A stretch of 44,350 nucleotides of DNA, from positions 1-44,350 of the forward strand of contig NW_021834912.1 in assembly GCF_006345805.1 (NCBI RefSeq), given 5' to 3'. Of the stretch, positions 10,699 to 23,486 are shown piece by piece. The translations under genes and the position numbers were made by a program. The notes beneath the pieces are model-generated. The model searched no databases, had not been told where the DNA came from, and worked only from the letters and a program-made list of their open reading frames with translations. Origin of the DNA: Octopus sinensis. Lineage: Eukaryota. Positions within the stretch are counted from its first letter, which is position 1, and each line of letters opens with the position of its first letter.

Positions 10699-12022
10699 CT
10701 GCACATACGCATTGCAACCTGTACCAATGAATACCTGTCGCGCAATAACCTTCTATATGCTTGTCCCACCCGTAACAAACGCGGTAGACCACCTACCATT
10801 ACCTCAGCTTACAGGAAGACTCACTGTGAGCGCTGGCAGGGATGGACAAAGCCGGACTACCCACCTTCAAGTGCACACGATATTAGAACCACCATCGCAC
10901 ATGCTATCGGTGTCAGCCTGAGATTTACGCTAAAAACACATATTTTTAAACTTGACAACAAACTGTATAAGCAAACGAAAGGCGGTGCTATTGGAGTGGG
11001 GATCGCCGGTGACGTTGCTAACCTCTTCATGGTATGGTGGGACAAGCGTTTTAAACAGTGCCTAGCAAACCGTAACATCCACTTGGCTATGTACTCTCGT
11101 TACGTCGACGACATTAACCTTGTTGTGAAATATAATACAGACACAGTTATGGGCCCTCTACCAAGTGAAGAACAGGTGATGACATCTATACAACACATAG
11201 CTGACTCTATCCACAGCAGTATAAAACTTACCATAGACTACCCCTCTAAACACCCCAGTAAACGATTACCCGTCCTAGATACTGAGCTATGGATGGAAGA
11301 TGCTATGGCTAATGGTACCATTAAACCCTGTATACTCCACTCACACTATCAGAAACCGATGGCTAATCCACTAGTAATCCGTAGTGACTCAGCTATGTCG
11401 GATACTGCCAAACTCAACATCCTAGTGGCAGACTTAGTTAGAGTAATGAGGAATGTATCACCACTATGCCAACCACAAGAACGACAACAACACATCCAGC
11501 ACTACATATTCCGAATGCAACGCTCCGGATACACACAAGACGATAGAGTCAGGGTGTACAAAGGAGCGAAAGCTAGATTCGAACGCATTCTAAGGAACGA
11601 CGAAAACGGTATATGCCCCCTGTACCGCAACAAGTTCTGGAATAGGTTAGAGAGGGACACCAACAAAAAGATGAGAAACGTTACTTGGTACGATAACAGG
11701 AGATTTCACGGAGTGATGTTCGTTGACGCCACACCTAAGAACGAGCTAAGTAAGGCATTCAAGAAAGTCCTGCGCACTACGGGCCTAAAAGTTAAAGTTG
11801 TAGAAAAGACAGGTAGGACTATCAAATCGGCATTATGCAGATCATATCCATTTGATAGAATCACCTGTCAAAGTAATTGTGCAGTATGTTCGACAAATCC
11901 ACATGTAAATTGTAAAACCAAGGGCACTGTATACCAGATTAAGTGCCAGGAGGGAGCTTGCGCGACTAACCCAGAGTCATACATAGGTGAGACTTCTAGA
12001 AGCATCAATGATAGGTTCAATG
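10699..12022 (+). CDS. Penelope-like reverse transcriptase + GIY-YIG endonuclease (partial, likely non-functional)
   Basis: Frame 1 is open from the TAA at 10696-10698. It encodes PTRNKRGRPPTIT, FKLDNKLYKQTKGGAIGVGIAGDVANLFM, YSRYVDDI, LPVLDTELW, HSHYQKP, then CAVC...C...GTVYQIKC...C...YIGETSRSINDRF. It runs into the microsatellite/duplication boundary near 12022, so the tracked tail to 12201 is spurious. Confidence 0.88.
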
Positions 12023-12969
12023 ATATATGCAGGAATATATATGTATGCATATATATATATATATATATACATATATATATGTATATATACATACACACAT
12101 ATATATATGTATACAAACACACACACACACATATATACGAACAAAACGCCCTCCCCCCCTCTCCCCGTCCAATGGACGGTGCTGAGTTGTCAAACATTTA
12201 AACCCAATTTCCTCAAAACAACTTGTCCGACAGTCCCATATGCCACCCCTTTGAGAAGCACTGATTTAACCTAAATTTGAGACACCAGCAAAAGAAGAAA
12301 TAAAGATAGACTTTTTTTCTATTCCAAAGAAAAACGATTTTATTCACCCAAATATGCAACCGAAGAGTTTAAAGTACCAGAAATTATAAGTCTGTAGACT
12401 GGGAGAACACAAACATGGAAAATCATTTATTAACAAGAAAATAATATTTTCTTCCTTGAATAAAAAGCAATCTGTGTTTTCTTTTCATTAAAAAATAATT
12501 AAGCATGCCTTTATTTCAATAAAATTTTTGGTTTTGTTAAACGAAATTAAGGCAAAAAAAAAAAGAAAAGAGTTCTTCAGAAACAAAATAGTTTTTCCTT
12601 CCTTCATGCCAAGTTTGGAGAAAATATCTCTTTTGCATCTTACGTTTTTGGTCTCTTAAATATTCTGCATTTTGTGGCATTATTTCAAGCCAGCCGGCTT
12701 TATTGCGCAAACTGCACGTGCAATTTTCTCGCGTACGCATAGTATCGATCGCAACATCTGATGTACTTGTGCGTACAAATGCACGTTCCCACGGCTTTGC
12801 CAATCGTATTCTCCCCTGGAATCGATTTTTGTTATTTTTTCAAGTCATACACACCCCCTGATACCACCAGTATCTACATATCAAATTTGAGTGCAATCGG
12901 ATGGAGGATGCCCGAGATCCTAGAAGACACACAGACAGACAGACAGAACGGGAGAACGGGTTTTATATA

Positions 12970-13006
<37 letters not shown>

Positions 13007-13086
13007 TTTTAATATTTCTTTGTAGTTTGATCGTTGATGATCTATTTCTAGCATGCGGCCAACCACCTAACGGTCGTGCCCTGTCA

Positions 13087-13134
<48 letters not shown>

Positions 13135-13279
13135 CCATCATTCTAACCATACAACATACATATATATATGTTTATATATCAGGGCATTACCATACATAAG
13201 TACCTCACACTATGAGGAACTATTACAGTCAAACTACCATAACAAACACATACGTATATATATATATATATATATATAT

Positions 13280-13760
13280 ATGCTTTCAATTTGACCATAG
13301 ATTCCCTATTTCTCGGTCAGTTTAAACACAAACCAGCTGCACTCTGCTACACCCTCTATAAATTCCCTACTGGGAATCACCAACTTTAAGAGAATCTTAC
13401 ATTGCTTATAAACTCTACATCTGGATGGACTCATATTAAACTCTGTTGGACTTTTGGATTTTACTCAAAGGATACTGGAATATTGCACATATATACCCTG
13501 ATGCCTATAAAACGGATTTACGAATCCAATACCCATACATATCTTACATCTATTTTCTTTCCTCCATCTCACTCGCTATTTGTATCACATCGAAACTATG
13601 ACTTAATTTTTCCTCTCACACCGTCTCTGATGAAGGGATATTATTAATTAATATCCTACAAACAGCTGTAAGACCTTCTATCTATAAATGCTCTAATATC
13701 TATACAGCCTTGGTTTTTTTATCTCATTACGCAAAAAATTCATATATTTAATCGAAGACT
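13280..13760 (+). mobile_element. Degenerate Penelope-like 3' terminal (pLTR-like) fragment
   Basis: Contains a hammerhead-like motif at 13623-13674. The upstream sequence only weakly suggests a decayed endonuclease end. Confidence 0.45.
13623..13674 (+). ncRNA. Minimal type I hammerhead-ribozyme motif, degenerate (G12 to C)
   Basis: GTCT-CTGATGA-A-GGGATATTA-TTAAT-TAATATCCT-A-CAA-ACAGCTGT-A-AGAC. Canonical CUGAUGA, stem I GTCT/AGAC, 9-bp stem II, palindromic stem III ACAGCTGT, GUA cleavage triplet. It has CAAA where GAAA is expected. Confidence 0.7.
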
Positions 13761-14878
13761 GTTTGATTTCCTTATTTTCCTTCTTTTTACCTGTGTGAGT
13801 TACAGGTAAGGTTATCTGTGGAATCATATTTTGTAGCGAAGAAGAAATAACGGTCTTTTGGCTGCTATTTCTAAATTTTCGGTATGTGGTGAAGCAACTT
13901 GTTGCTAAAGCCTTAATTACTGTTATAATTAAATATAAAACTTCTTGTATAAGTTTTTACTGAATATGGTTCTTTTCCATACCGAAACTACTTGGTAAAA
14001 TTTATTAATTATAAATTAATAATTATTTAAACTTATATCTATAAAATATATATATATATATATACATATATGTATATATATATATATTTAATAACGAACC
14101 ACTCTGGAAATTTTATTTTTGTAAAATGTTGGGAGTGGGTAAAATTGCGGACCCAAAAAGGGTTTTCTGGGATATTAGGTGGGTCACAGCATTTCATTCA
14201 ACAAAATAAAAAAAAAAGATTTCCAATGATTCTGGAATGGCGCAGAGGGTCCCCTTCGAACCCTATTCCTAAAGGGATTTGCAGCATATTAGGAGGTCAC
14301 GGTACTTGATTTCATGCAAAAAAATGTGATTTTTTTTCCCTTAGTGAAAATGGTGCTGGTGAAAAGATCACTGAGGATGGGGGTGGGTACAATTTCCGAG
14401 GCTTCCGCCTCACCCCACTCCATTTATCAGACCCCCTAAAAGGGTTTTGTAGCATATTAGGTCACGGGAATTCATCCAACAAAAACCAAAAATAATAATT
14501 TCCAATGATTTGGGAATGGGGTGGGAGTGCGTCCCCGTCGTGGCACCCTTTTCTTCTGAACCATAATAAGTGATTTCCAGCATATTTGGAGGTCAGGGTA
14601 CTTCATTCCATGCAAAAAAAATTCGAGTTTTTTTCTTTCTTGGTGAAAATCGTGCGGGTGTTAATCTGAAAGTTTACCGAGGTACGACACCACCCCTCCC
14701 CACCACTGCTAACAAGATATTGTATATAAAGGGTGCAGTGTAGCAGCGATAACCCGCTAGTGGAGAATCTGCCTTGGGTTAAACTAGTAGTAACCTTCTG
14801 CAGCCACTTTGATGTGCTGACTCACTTTACTTTGTGAGATTTTACAAACTACACACACACACACACACACTATAATGG

Positions 14879-14914
<36 letters not shown>

Positions 14915-15739
14915 GTCTGTCTGTCTGTCTGTCTCTCTATCTATCTGGCTGTCTGTCTCTCGCTCTCCCTCTCTCTCTATTTATTATGTAATGAAAGAAA
15001 GGACATCACCATCATGAAATACAACAATGTCTCTTTCAACACACAACTTCACATGAAGAATCCGGCAAAACAAATGCATAAAAGTATGCTTGTGTCTGTG
15101 TGAATCTTTTATCTTTAACGTGTTTCAGACATTAGACTGTGGCCATGCTGGAGCAACACCTTGAAGAATTTCTAGTCGAAGAATTGAACCCAGTACATCT
15201 TTGTGTTAAGCCTTGTATTTATTCCATCGATCCCTCCATATAGCACCTTCTTTTTCACTCGCTCATCCTCTCTCTCTCTCTCTCTATTTCTAACAAACTG
15301 AGTCACAATGCAAATATTTCCTTCAGGCATTACACAGTATAATGTGTGATTTAAAGGGATTTGACTGCTATTTCTGCAAGAGAAAATATCGATACAACTA
15401 TATTCACAGATATACAAGAAGTGACTCCCAGACCTCAAAAAGAATTATAGTTCCTCATCCATGCCAGAAATTTTAAGGGGACAGGTTAAATCGACATTTA
15501 CCGAAAGGGGTCTAGTCACCAGATACGGGTCCTGCATGGCCTCATTAGACACACATAAGAGAGTACGCTGTAATTAATTGGTAATTCCAACGAGCCTACT
15601 TTCATTGCAGATAATCCCCTCAGATATTACACAGTATGATGTGTGATTTCAGGAGATTTGACTGCTATTTCTAGAAGGAGATGTATTAGTACAACTATAT
15701 TGATATATATTATTGTTGCTATGGTGCGTGTTTGTGTGT

Positions 15740-15776
<37 letters not shown>

Positions 15777-15997
15777 CAGTGGGGAAGCTGGTAGAATCGT
15801 TGCCATGCTGGAGGAAATGCTTAATCGCATTTTGTATAGCTTCATGTTGTGAGTTCAAGTTCTGCCTCAGTCAATTTATCCATTTCATCGTTCCAGGGTC
15901 AATAAATTAAGTACCAGTCAAATACTAAGGATGAAGTCATTGATTAGTTGCCCACAGTAATTGCAGGCCTTGTGCTAATAGTAAAAAGTAAATTAGA

Positions 15998-16045
<48 letters not shown>

Positions 16046-17421
16046 GATAGATCTCTTATAGTATGTGTGTGTGTGTGTGTATAAGCCGATGAGGTGACAG
16101 AATCGTTCACACGCAGTGTCGTTGGAGTCAATTAGTTGCCTCTACTAGAATTCCAGGCCTTGTTTTCTTTAGACAAAGAATGATCACATATGTGTATGGT
16201 AGAAAGCGGAAGTCTCCATGGGTGCCCTGGGACTGAATGTCGATGTGGGTGAAGATTACAAGGAAAATTTCTGCTCCCAAATTCTGAGAAGAAAAGAGAG
16301 TAACAGACAAATGGATAGATGGATGGCTGTGAGATTTGGCTGTTATTTCTTGCAGCAGGTCTACTGTACATTAAGCATTGATACGTTATATATTTAGATC
16401 TTGGTTTTCTGCATCCTTCTCTCGTTTTCTGTGTCCGTCTTTGCATATAATTTTGCTAAGCTCTTGCTGTTGTTTCTAGCATATGAAATGTTGCAGTTTC
16501 ATGGACCTGTTGTATTGGATTTGTGTCGTGTGACAAATAGGTGTACAATTTATAAACTGCAATTAATTTCAGAAGAACAGTAGATTGGAGGGGCATTTAG
16601 CTGCTATTTCAAACAACTCTAGCTATCATGTACACTTCAGCTTTCATCAGCTAATATATAAATATGTATGGAGTTAGAAGAGACGGTATGATGTTGTTTC
16701 AACGTAGATTTGGCTGCTATATCTAGCAGCTCTGGCATTCGTTTGCATTTTACACATGATTAATTTAATTTTCTCATTAAATTAAACTTTAATTTGCATT
16801 TAAGTATTACAGTGAAATTATTACAACAACCAAAACTAGTTACAAACACACAATTACATATGCTAGAAACAGCAGCTATATAGAAGTATTTCATGTTTCT
16901 TTTTACACAGTTTCCTTTCCAAAAACGTGTGTCTACGTAAAGTTTGTGCTTCAGTACAAGAGACTGAGTGAATATGTATAGGGGATGGGGGTCGGTTTTC
17001 TGAAATAAAATCTGTGAGACTGGTGCCCCTAAATCAGCATAAGCAACAAGAGTATGGATGTATTCGGCAGAGGAAGGAATGGAAGCCACATTTAGGAGAA
17101 TATCTTTGCATCGTTTAGGAGTGTGTGAGGGAAGACGACTGGGAACAAACGAATGGATTGATATCTATGTATATACATTTGTACTTATATATTATATATC
17201 TCCCTCCATCTAACTATACAACATGCATTCACATACAGGTGTGGCTGTGTGGTAAGAAGCTTGTTTCCCAACCACACACTCAGGGTTCAGTCCCTGTATG
17301 ACAACTTGGACAAGTGTCTTCTACTACAGCATCTGGCCAACCAAAGTCTTGTGGGTAGAATTTGGCTGGCGGAAAATAAAAGAAGCCCATCGTATATTTA
17401 TACCCATACATACATACTATA

Positions 17422-17505
<84 letters not shown>

Positions 17506-18093
17506 ATATATATATAATATATATATATATACATATATATATACACACACACACACAGAGAGGTGAGCTGGCAGAATTGATAGTGCACCGGACAAAGTAC
17601 GTAGCGGTTTTTCACCTGTCACTATATTCTGAGTTCAAATTTCGTCAGGGTCAACTTTGCCTTTCAACCTTTCAGGGTCAATAAATGAAGTACCAGTGAA
17701 ACATTGGAGTCGATCTTATCAACTCGACACCCCCCCGCAAAACTTTCAGGCCTCGTGCCTATAGTACAATAGATATATATATATATGTGTGAGTGTATAT
17801 ATCTGTGTGTGTGTATATATATATATATATATAATATATATAATATATATATTCATGTGTGTATATCTGAACCCCACCCCACATAACCATCACTTGACAA
17901 CCTATGTTGGTCTGTTTACAACCCTTTAAGTTAGTTTGGCAAAAGGGACTGATAGAATAAGTCCTGGGCTTACGAAGAATAAATCCTGGGGTCGATTTGT
18001 TTGACTAAAACCCTTTAAGGCAGTGCTCCAGCATGGCCGCAGTCAAATAACTGAAACAAGTAAAAGAAACAAAGAATGTAATATATTTAGATG

Positions 18094-18278
18094 CAGGGTT
18101 TCCCATCCAGGGGTGCACACACCGCTTGGGGGTGCGAGCAGGGCTGGATTTATATGGGGTCAAAGTCGGCAATTGCTCCGGGCACCTTTATTCTTATATA
18201 AACTATTACTTTAAGGGGTGTGAGAACATATTAAAGGTTTTTAAGGGTGCAGGGCATAAAAAAGGTTGGGAACCCCTT
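18094..18278. mobile_element. hAT (Charlie-like) MITE, copy in duplicate B
   Basis: TIRs CAGGGTTTCCCATCC ... GGTTGGGAACCCCTT. Confidence 0.65.
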
Positions 18279-19244
18279 TGATAGATAAACAGACAGATGT
18301 GAGATTTGGCTGCTATTTCTAGCAGTAACTCTGGCATCCATTAAGCATTGAAACATTCTATATTTAAATGTCTTTTCTTTCTGTCTCCCTCTCAGTATTT
18401 TCTGTATCCTTCTTCACATATATTTTTGCTCAAGTCTTGCTGTTGTTTCTAGCATAGGAAACGTCTCAGTTTAATGGACCCTTTGTATTTGTCTTGTTTT
18501 GCGTGACAAATAGGTGTAGAATTTATAGACTGAAGTTAATTTCAGAACTACAGCAGATTGGAGGGACATTTGGCTGCTATTTCAAACAAATCTAGCTATC
18601 ATTTTCATTGGCTTCAATTTTTATCGGCTCATATATAAATATGGATGGAGTTACGTGAGGCAGTATGATGCTGTTTCGACGTAGATTTGGCTGCTATTTC
18701 TAGCAGCCCTTGCTTTCATTTACTTCTTATACATCATGAATTTCGTTTTCTTTTCTAAATTAGACTTCATTTTCCATTTAATTATTCCAAAGAAATTAAT
18801 ACAAAACTGGAAAACCATATAAGACAAATAGATAGATAGACAGCTGTGATTCAGTGAGTTTTGACTGCTATTTCTAGCAGCAAGTCTATAAAATAGTTAC
18901 AAATGCACAATTAATACAAGTTGAAGCTAGAAACAACAGTTAAAGGAATGTATCACATATTTTTTTATAAAGTCTCCTTTCCAAAGCTTTGTGCCTAGGT
19001 TTAGTTTGTTGTTTGAGTAGAAGGGACGGAGGGAATATGTTTGGGGTCGATTTTCTGAAATAAAATCCTTGAGACTGGTGCCCCAGAATTGACAGAAACA
19101 ACAAGACGAGTAAAATCGGCAGAGGAAGGAATGGAACCAACATGTTGGAGTATACCTTGGTGTCGTTTAGGAATGTGTGTGGGAAGACAATCGGGAAGAA
19201 ACGAGTCGACACAGGTACCAGTAATGCAAACTGGCATCGGCCAG

Positions 19245-19442
19245 GCTCTGTCATAAGAAGTTTGCTTCCCAACCACATGTTTCCAGGTTCAATCCTACTG
19301 TGTGGCACCTTAGGCAAGTGTCTTTTAAATGACCCTTAAGTCAACCAAAGCCTTGTGAGTGGATCTGCTAGATGGAAACTGAAAGAAGCCCATCATATAT
19401 GTATGTATGTATATCTATATGTATGTATATATATACATATAC

Positions 19443-19475
<33 letters not shown>

Positions 19476-19680
19476 CATATTCATTTGTATGTGTCTACCC
19501 TACACCACACATCCCCATCGTATGACAACCGATGTTGGTCTGTTTATGTCCCTGTGACTTTGATTTGACAAAAGAGACTGATAGAATAAGTACTAAACTT
19601 ACAAAGATTTGTTTGACAGAAACCCAGGAAGGTGGTGCTCCAGCAGGGCCACAGTGAAATAACTGAAACAAATAAAAGAA
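19245..19680 (+). mobile_element. SINE family A (duplicate of 7800-8240)
   Basis: Near-identical to the copy in duplicate A. Confidence 0.8.
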
Positions 19681-20575
19681 TAAAAAATAAATAAATGTAC
19701 AAGAATAAAAGAATGTATATATATATATATATATTTATATAAATAGAGAGACAAACAGACAGACAGACAAATAGATAGATAGACAGCTGTGATTCAATCT
19801 TTTGGCTGCTATTTCTAGCAAGTACATTTAACATTGATACATTATATATTTCGATCTTTTTTTGTTTTTGCTTTCCTCCCAGTTTTTTCTCTGTCCGTCT
19901 TTGTATATATTTTTGCTAAACACTTGCTGTTGTTCTAGCATATGAAATGACACAGTTTAATGGACCTGTTGTATTGGATTTGTTTTGCATGACAAACAGG
20001 CAGCGTAGAATTTAAACTGTACCAAATTTCAGAAGTACAGAGGATTGGAGGGGCATTTGGCTGCTATTTCAAGCAACTCTAGCTATATAACTATGTATGG
20101 AGTTACGTGAGACAATATGGGGGGCTTTCTCTCTGTAAATTTGGCTGCTATTACTAGCAGCTCTTGCATTCAGTTGCATTTATATATCATGCTTTAATTA
20201 TATTTTTAATTAGGCATTAATTTGCATTTAATTATTAAAATGAAATTAATACAACAACAAAAAACTAGTTACAGACACAAACTTAAATACAAAGTTTGCT
20301 AGAAACAACAGTTATATGAATGCATTGCATATTTTCTCACAAAGGGTCCCTTCCCAAAATATACGTCTAGATTTGGTTTGTGCTTCAGTACAAGAGACTA
20401 ACTGAATACGTATGGGGTGGATTTATAAAGTAAAATCTGTGAGACTGATGCCCCCAAATCAACATAACGAGGCTACGAATATAATCGGCAGAGAAGGAAT
20501 GGAACCCGCATGTCAGAGTATATCTTGTCATAGTTTACGAATGTATTTGGGAAGATGACTGGGAGATACGAATGG

Positions 20576-20606
<31 letters not shown>

Positions 20607-20733
20607 CATCATTCTAGCTATACAACATATATTTACATATATATATGTTTATATATCAGGGTACCATACATAAATGCTTCACACTACGAGGGACTATTAA
20701 GTCAAACTACCATAATAAATACATTATATGTGC

Positions 20734-20770
<37 letters not shown>

Positions 20771-21027
20771 CACATGTTGTGTGCTCCACAAATGTATAGG
20801 CACAGGTGTTCCTGTGTGGTAAGAAGTTTGCTTTCCAACCACAGGGTTCTGTGTTCAGTCCTACTGCATGGCACCTAGGGCAATTTTCTTCTATTTTGAC
20901 CTCGGGCCTTGTAAGTGGACCTTGTCAGATGGAAACTGAAGTGAGCCCATATATGTATATATATACATATATATATATATGTATATATATAGATAGATAG
21001 ATACATAGATAAATATATGTATATATA

Positions 21028-21410
21028 GTGGCTGTGGTAAGTAGCTTGCTAACCAGCCACATGGTTCCGTGTTCAGTCCCACTGCGTGGCATCTTGGGCA
21101 AGTGTCTTCTGCTATAGCCCCGGGCCGACCAATGCCTTGTGAGTGGATTTGGTAGACGGAAACTGAAAGAAGCCTGTCGTATATATGTATATATATATAT
21201 GTGTGTATGAGTTTGTGTGTCTGTGTGTCCCCCAACATCGTCTGACAACCGATGCTGGTGTGTTTACGTCCCTGTCACTTAGCAGTTTGGCAACAGAGAC
21301 CGATAGAATAAGTACTGGGTTTGCAAAAGAATAAGTCCCGGGGTCGATTTGCTCGGCTAAAGGCGGTGCTCCAGCATGGCCGCAGTCAAATGACTGAAAC
21401 AAGTAAAAGA
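21028..21410 (+). mobile_element. SINE family A, apparently full length
   Basis: GTGGCTGTGGTAAG...GTTCAGTCCCACTGCGTGGCATCTTGGGCAAGTG, a central microsatellite, and the tail GGCGGTGCTCCAGCATGGCCGCAGTCAAATGACTGAAACAAGTAAAAGA. Confidence 0.85.
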
Positions 21411-21469
21411 GAAAGAGAAAGAAAGAGATATATATATATATATATTCATGTGCATGTAGGTGTGCCTGT

Positions 21470-21690
21470 CTGTGTGTCTGCCTCCCTCCCACCCTCATCA
21501 TAACTTGACAACCGATGGTGGTGTGTTTACATCCCTGTAATTTCATTCGGTAAAAAAGACTGCCAGAATATGTACTAAGCTTTCAAAGAGTAAGCCCTGG
21601 AGTCAATTTGTTTGGCTAAAGCCCTTTAAGGCATTGCTCCAGCATGACCACAGTCCCATTGCTGAAACAAGTAAAAGAATAAAAGAGTGT
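21470..21690 (+). mobile_element. SINE family A tail
   Basis: TTGACAACCGATGGTGG...GCTCCAGCATGACCACAGTC...GAAACAAGTAAAAGAATAAAAGA. Confidence 0.7.
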
Positions 21691-21827
21691 TTATATATCT
21701 ATACAGATGGATGGTTAGATAAATAGATAGAAAGAAAGATAGAAAGATAGATAGATAGAGAATATGATGATACTGTGGTGCCCCTGCATGGCCGTGACCT
21801 TTACACCAGAGGTCAATACTACATATG

Positions 21828-21862
<35 letters not shown>

Positions 21863-21869
21863 ATAGATA

Positions 21870-22050
21870 TTCTTTTAGTTACATGACAGTGGCCATGTTG
21901 GAGCACCACCTTCAGTCAGGCATATCAACCCCAGGACTTATTCATTGTAAGCCTTGTACTCATTCTGTCAGTCACTGTTGCTGAACCACAAAGTTACAGG
22001 GATGTAAACACACCAACATCGGTTGTCAAGCAATGGTGTGGACAACCACA
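21870..22050 (-). mobile_element. SINE family A tail, antisense
   Basis: The plus strand shows GTGGCCATGTTGGAGCACCACC...CACCAACATCGGTTGTCAAG. Confidence 0.7.
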
Positions 22051-22070
22051 GACAAACAAATATATACATA

Positions 22071-22320
22071 CAGTGGTGGGGAAATAAATATTCGTGATGT
22101 GTCATAATTCTTTATTTATTTGATTTCTAATGAACATAAATGGGATATACCAATACTATATTTGCATTCACTTGCATAAACTAAGAATACTTTTTCACCC
22201 CTAAATATTTATAATTGTATATAAACTCCTTAGTTACTATAATTTATTAGTTTCATTTGCATATTCTTAGTTTATGCATGTGTATGCAAATATAGTATTG
22301 GTAGATCCCATTTTCCTATC
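22071..22320. mobile_element. Tc1/mariner-like fragment with an internal 52-bp inverted repeat
   Basis: Begins TA|CAGTGGTGGGAAATAAATATT, a Tc1-like terminus after TA. Inverted arms lie at 22138-22189 and 22262-22313. No matching right terminus was found. Confidence 0.45.
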
Positions 22321-22920
22321 ATTTTCCCTAAACATGTTAGGTATTTAACCAGCAACTCCTTGAATGGTGCCATCCCTTAACTAAGGCGAAATTCACCTCT
22401 AATTGAACTTATGAATATATGAAAACATCCAAGATTGTATTCTGATAGGAAAAAGGAAAACACCCAAAGGTGCTGCTTCACCTTTTTAATCAGTGAACGG
22501 AAATAAAAATAGAATAAATAAATTTATTTTTAATAAATTCAAAATAACACAATGATTGTGATGGTGATGATGATGATGATGACGAAGGTGATAATGCTGT
22601 TGTTGTTGGTGGTGGTGGTGGTGTTGGTGGTGTTGGTGTAAGTATTTGCATCCAGACTGAAGAAAGTGAAATTTATACAGAACAATGCATATTCATTAGA
22701 AAAACCACAGTTTCTAAGGGTTTTAAAAGCAAAACCCTTGAGATGACCCCGAATCTGTAAATGAATGTGTTATCAGTTTGCAAAGAGGTTTCAATTATAT
22801 TTATTTTTGTCTAAAGGCAGCTTAGCCATTGTGACACAAAAGCAGATTGTTAGATGTTGAGAGGGAGGGAGGGGAAACGAATCAAAAGAACAACAAGGAT
22901 CAATGATTCAGAGTGATTAT

Positions 22921-22967
22921 TGAGAGAGAGAGAGAGATGAGAGAGAGTGGAGAGGAGAGAGAGAGGA

Positions 22968-23007
<40 letters not shown>

Positions 23008-23071
23008 GATGAGAGAGAGAGGAGAGAGGGATAGAAAGAGAAGATGAGAGAGAGAGAGTGAGAGGGAGAGT

Positions 23072-23115
<44 letters not shown>

Positions 23116-23143
23116 GAGAGAGAGAGAGAAAGAGAGAGAGAGG

Positions 23144-23180
<37 letters not shown>

Positions 23181-23190
23181 GAAAGAATGA
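22921..23190 (+). repeat. ~270-bp interrupted (GA)n polypurine tract
   Basis: Directly visible. Confidence 0.95.
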
Positions 23191-23486
23191 GGTGGTGTAC
23201 AGGAAAACAAAAACAATACACAAAGCATTATATTTTTAATAAATGACAGCTGAAACTAATGAATAAGATGATGATGGTGATGAGAGTGGGGTGTTTTTTG
23301 TGGTGGCGGTGGTGGTGGGGATGTGAATACTTGCATTTTGGGGACCAATGTGTAAACAAAACCCTTGAGTTGTTGAGTAAATGTAAATGAATGCTTTATC
23401 AGTTGGAAACAACTGGAATTATTTCAAAATGGATTTTGAGATCTTAAGAGGGAGGAAGTGAAAATCAAATCCAAATAACAACAGGA

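Larger units (their letters stand above)
9610..12022 (+). mobile_element. Penelope-like retroelement (PLE), truncated and interrupted by microsatellites
   Basis: RT and GIY-YIG ORF at 10699-12022. A putative inverted terminal segment at about 9610-9840 carries a hammerhead-like motif. Whether that segment belongs to this element is inferred. Confidence 0.75.
12022..20950 (+). repeat. Segmental duplication, copy B (longer copy)
   Basis: Starts at ATATATGCAGGAATATATAT (also near 1918). Collinear with copy A, with extra blocks at about 12975-14085, 14140-14385, 18002-18085 and 20828-20847. Confidence 0.92.

Noticed and set aside
12022-12201. C-terminal extension of the tracked 401-aa Penelope ORF
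   Set aside because: After about NDRFN the frame reads through microsatellite and duplicated MITE sequence, not element sequence.
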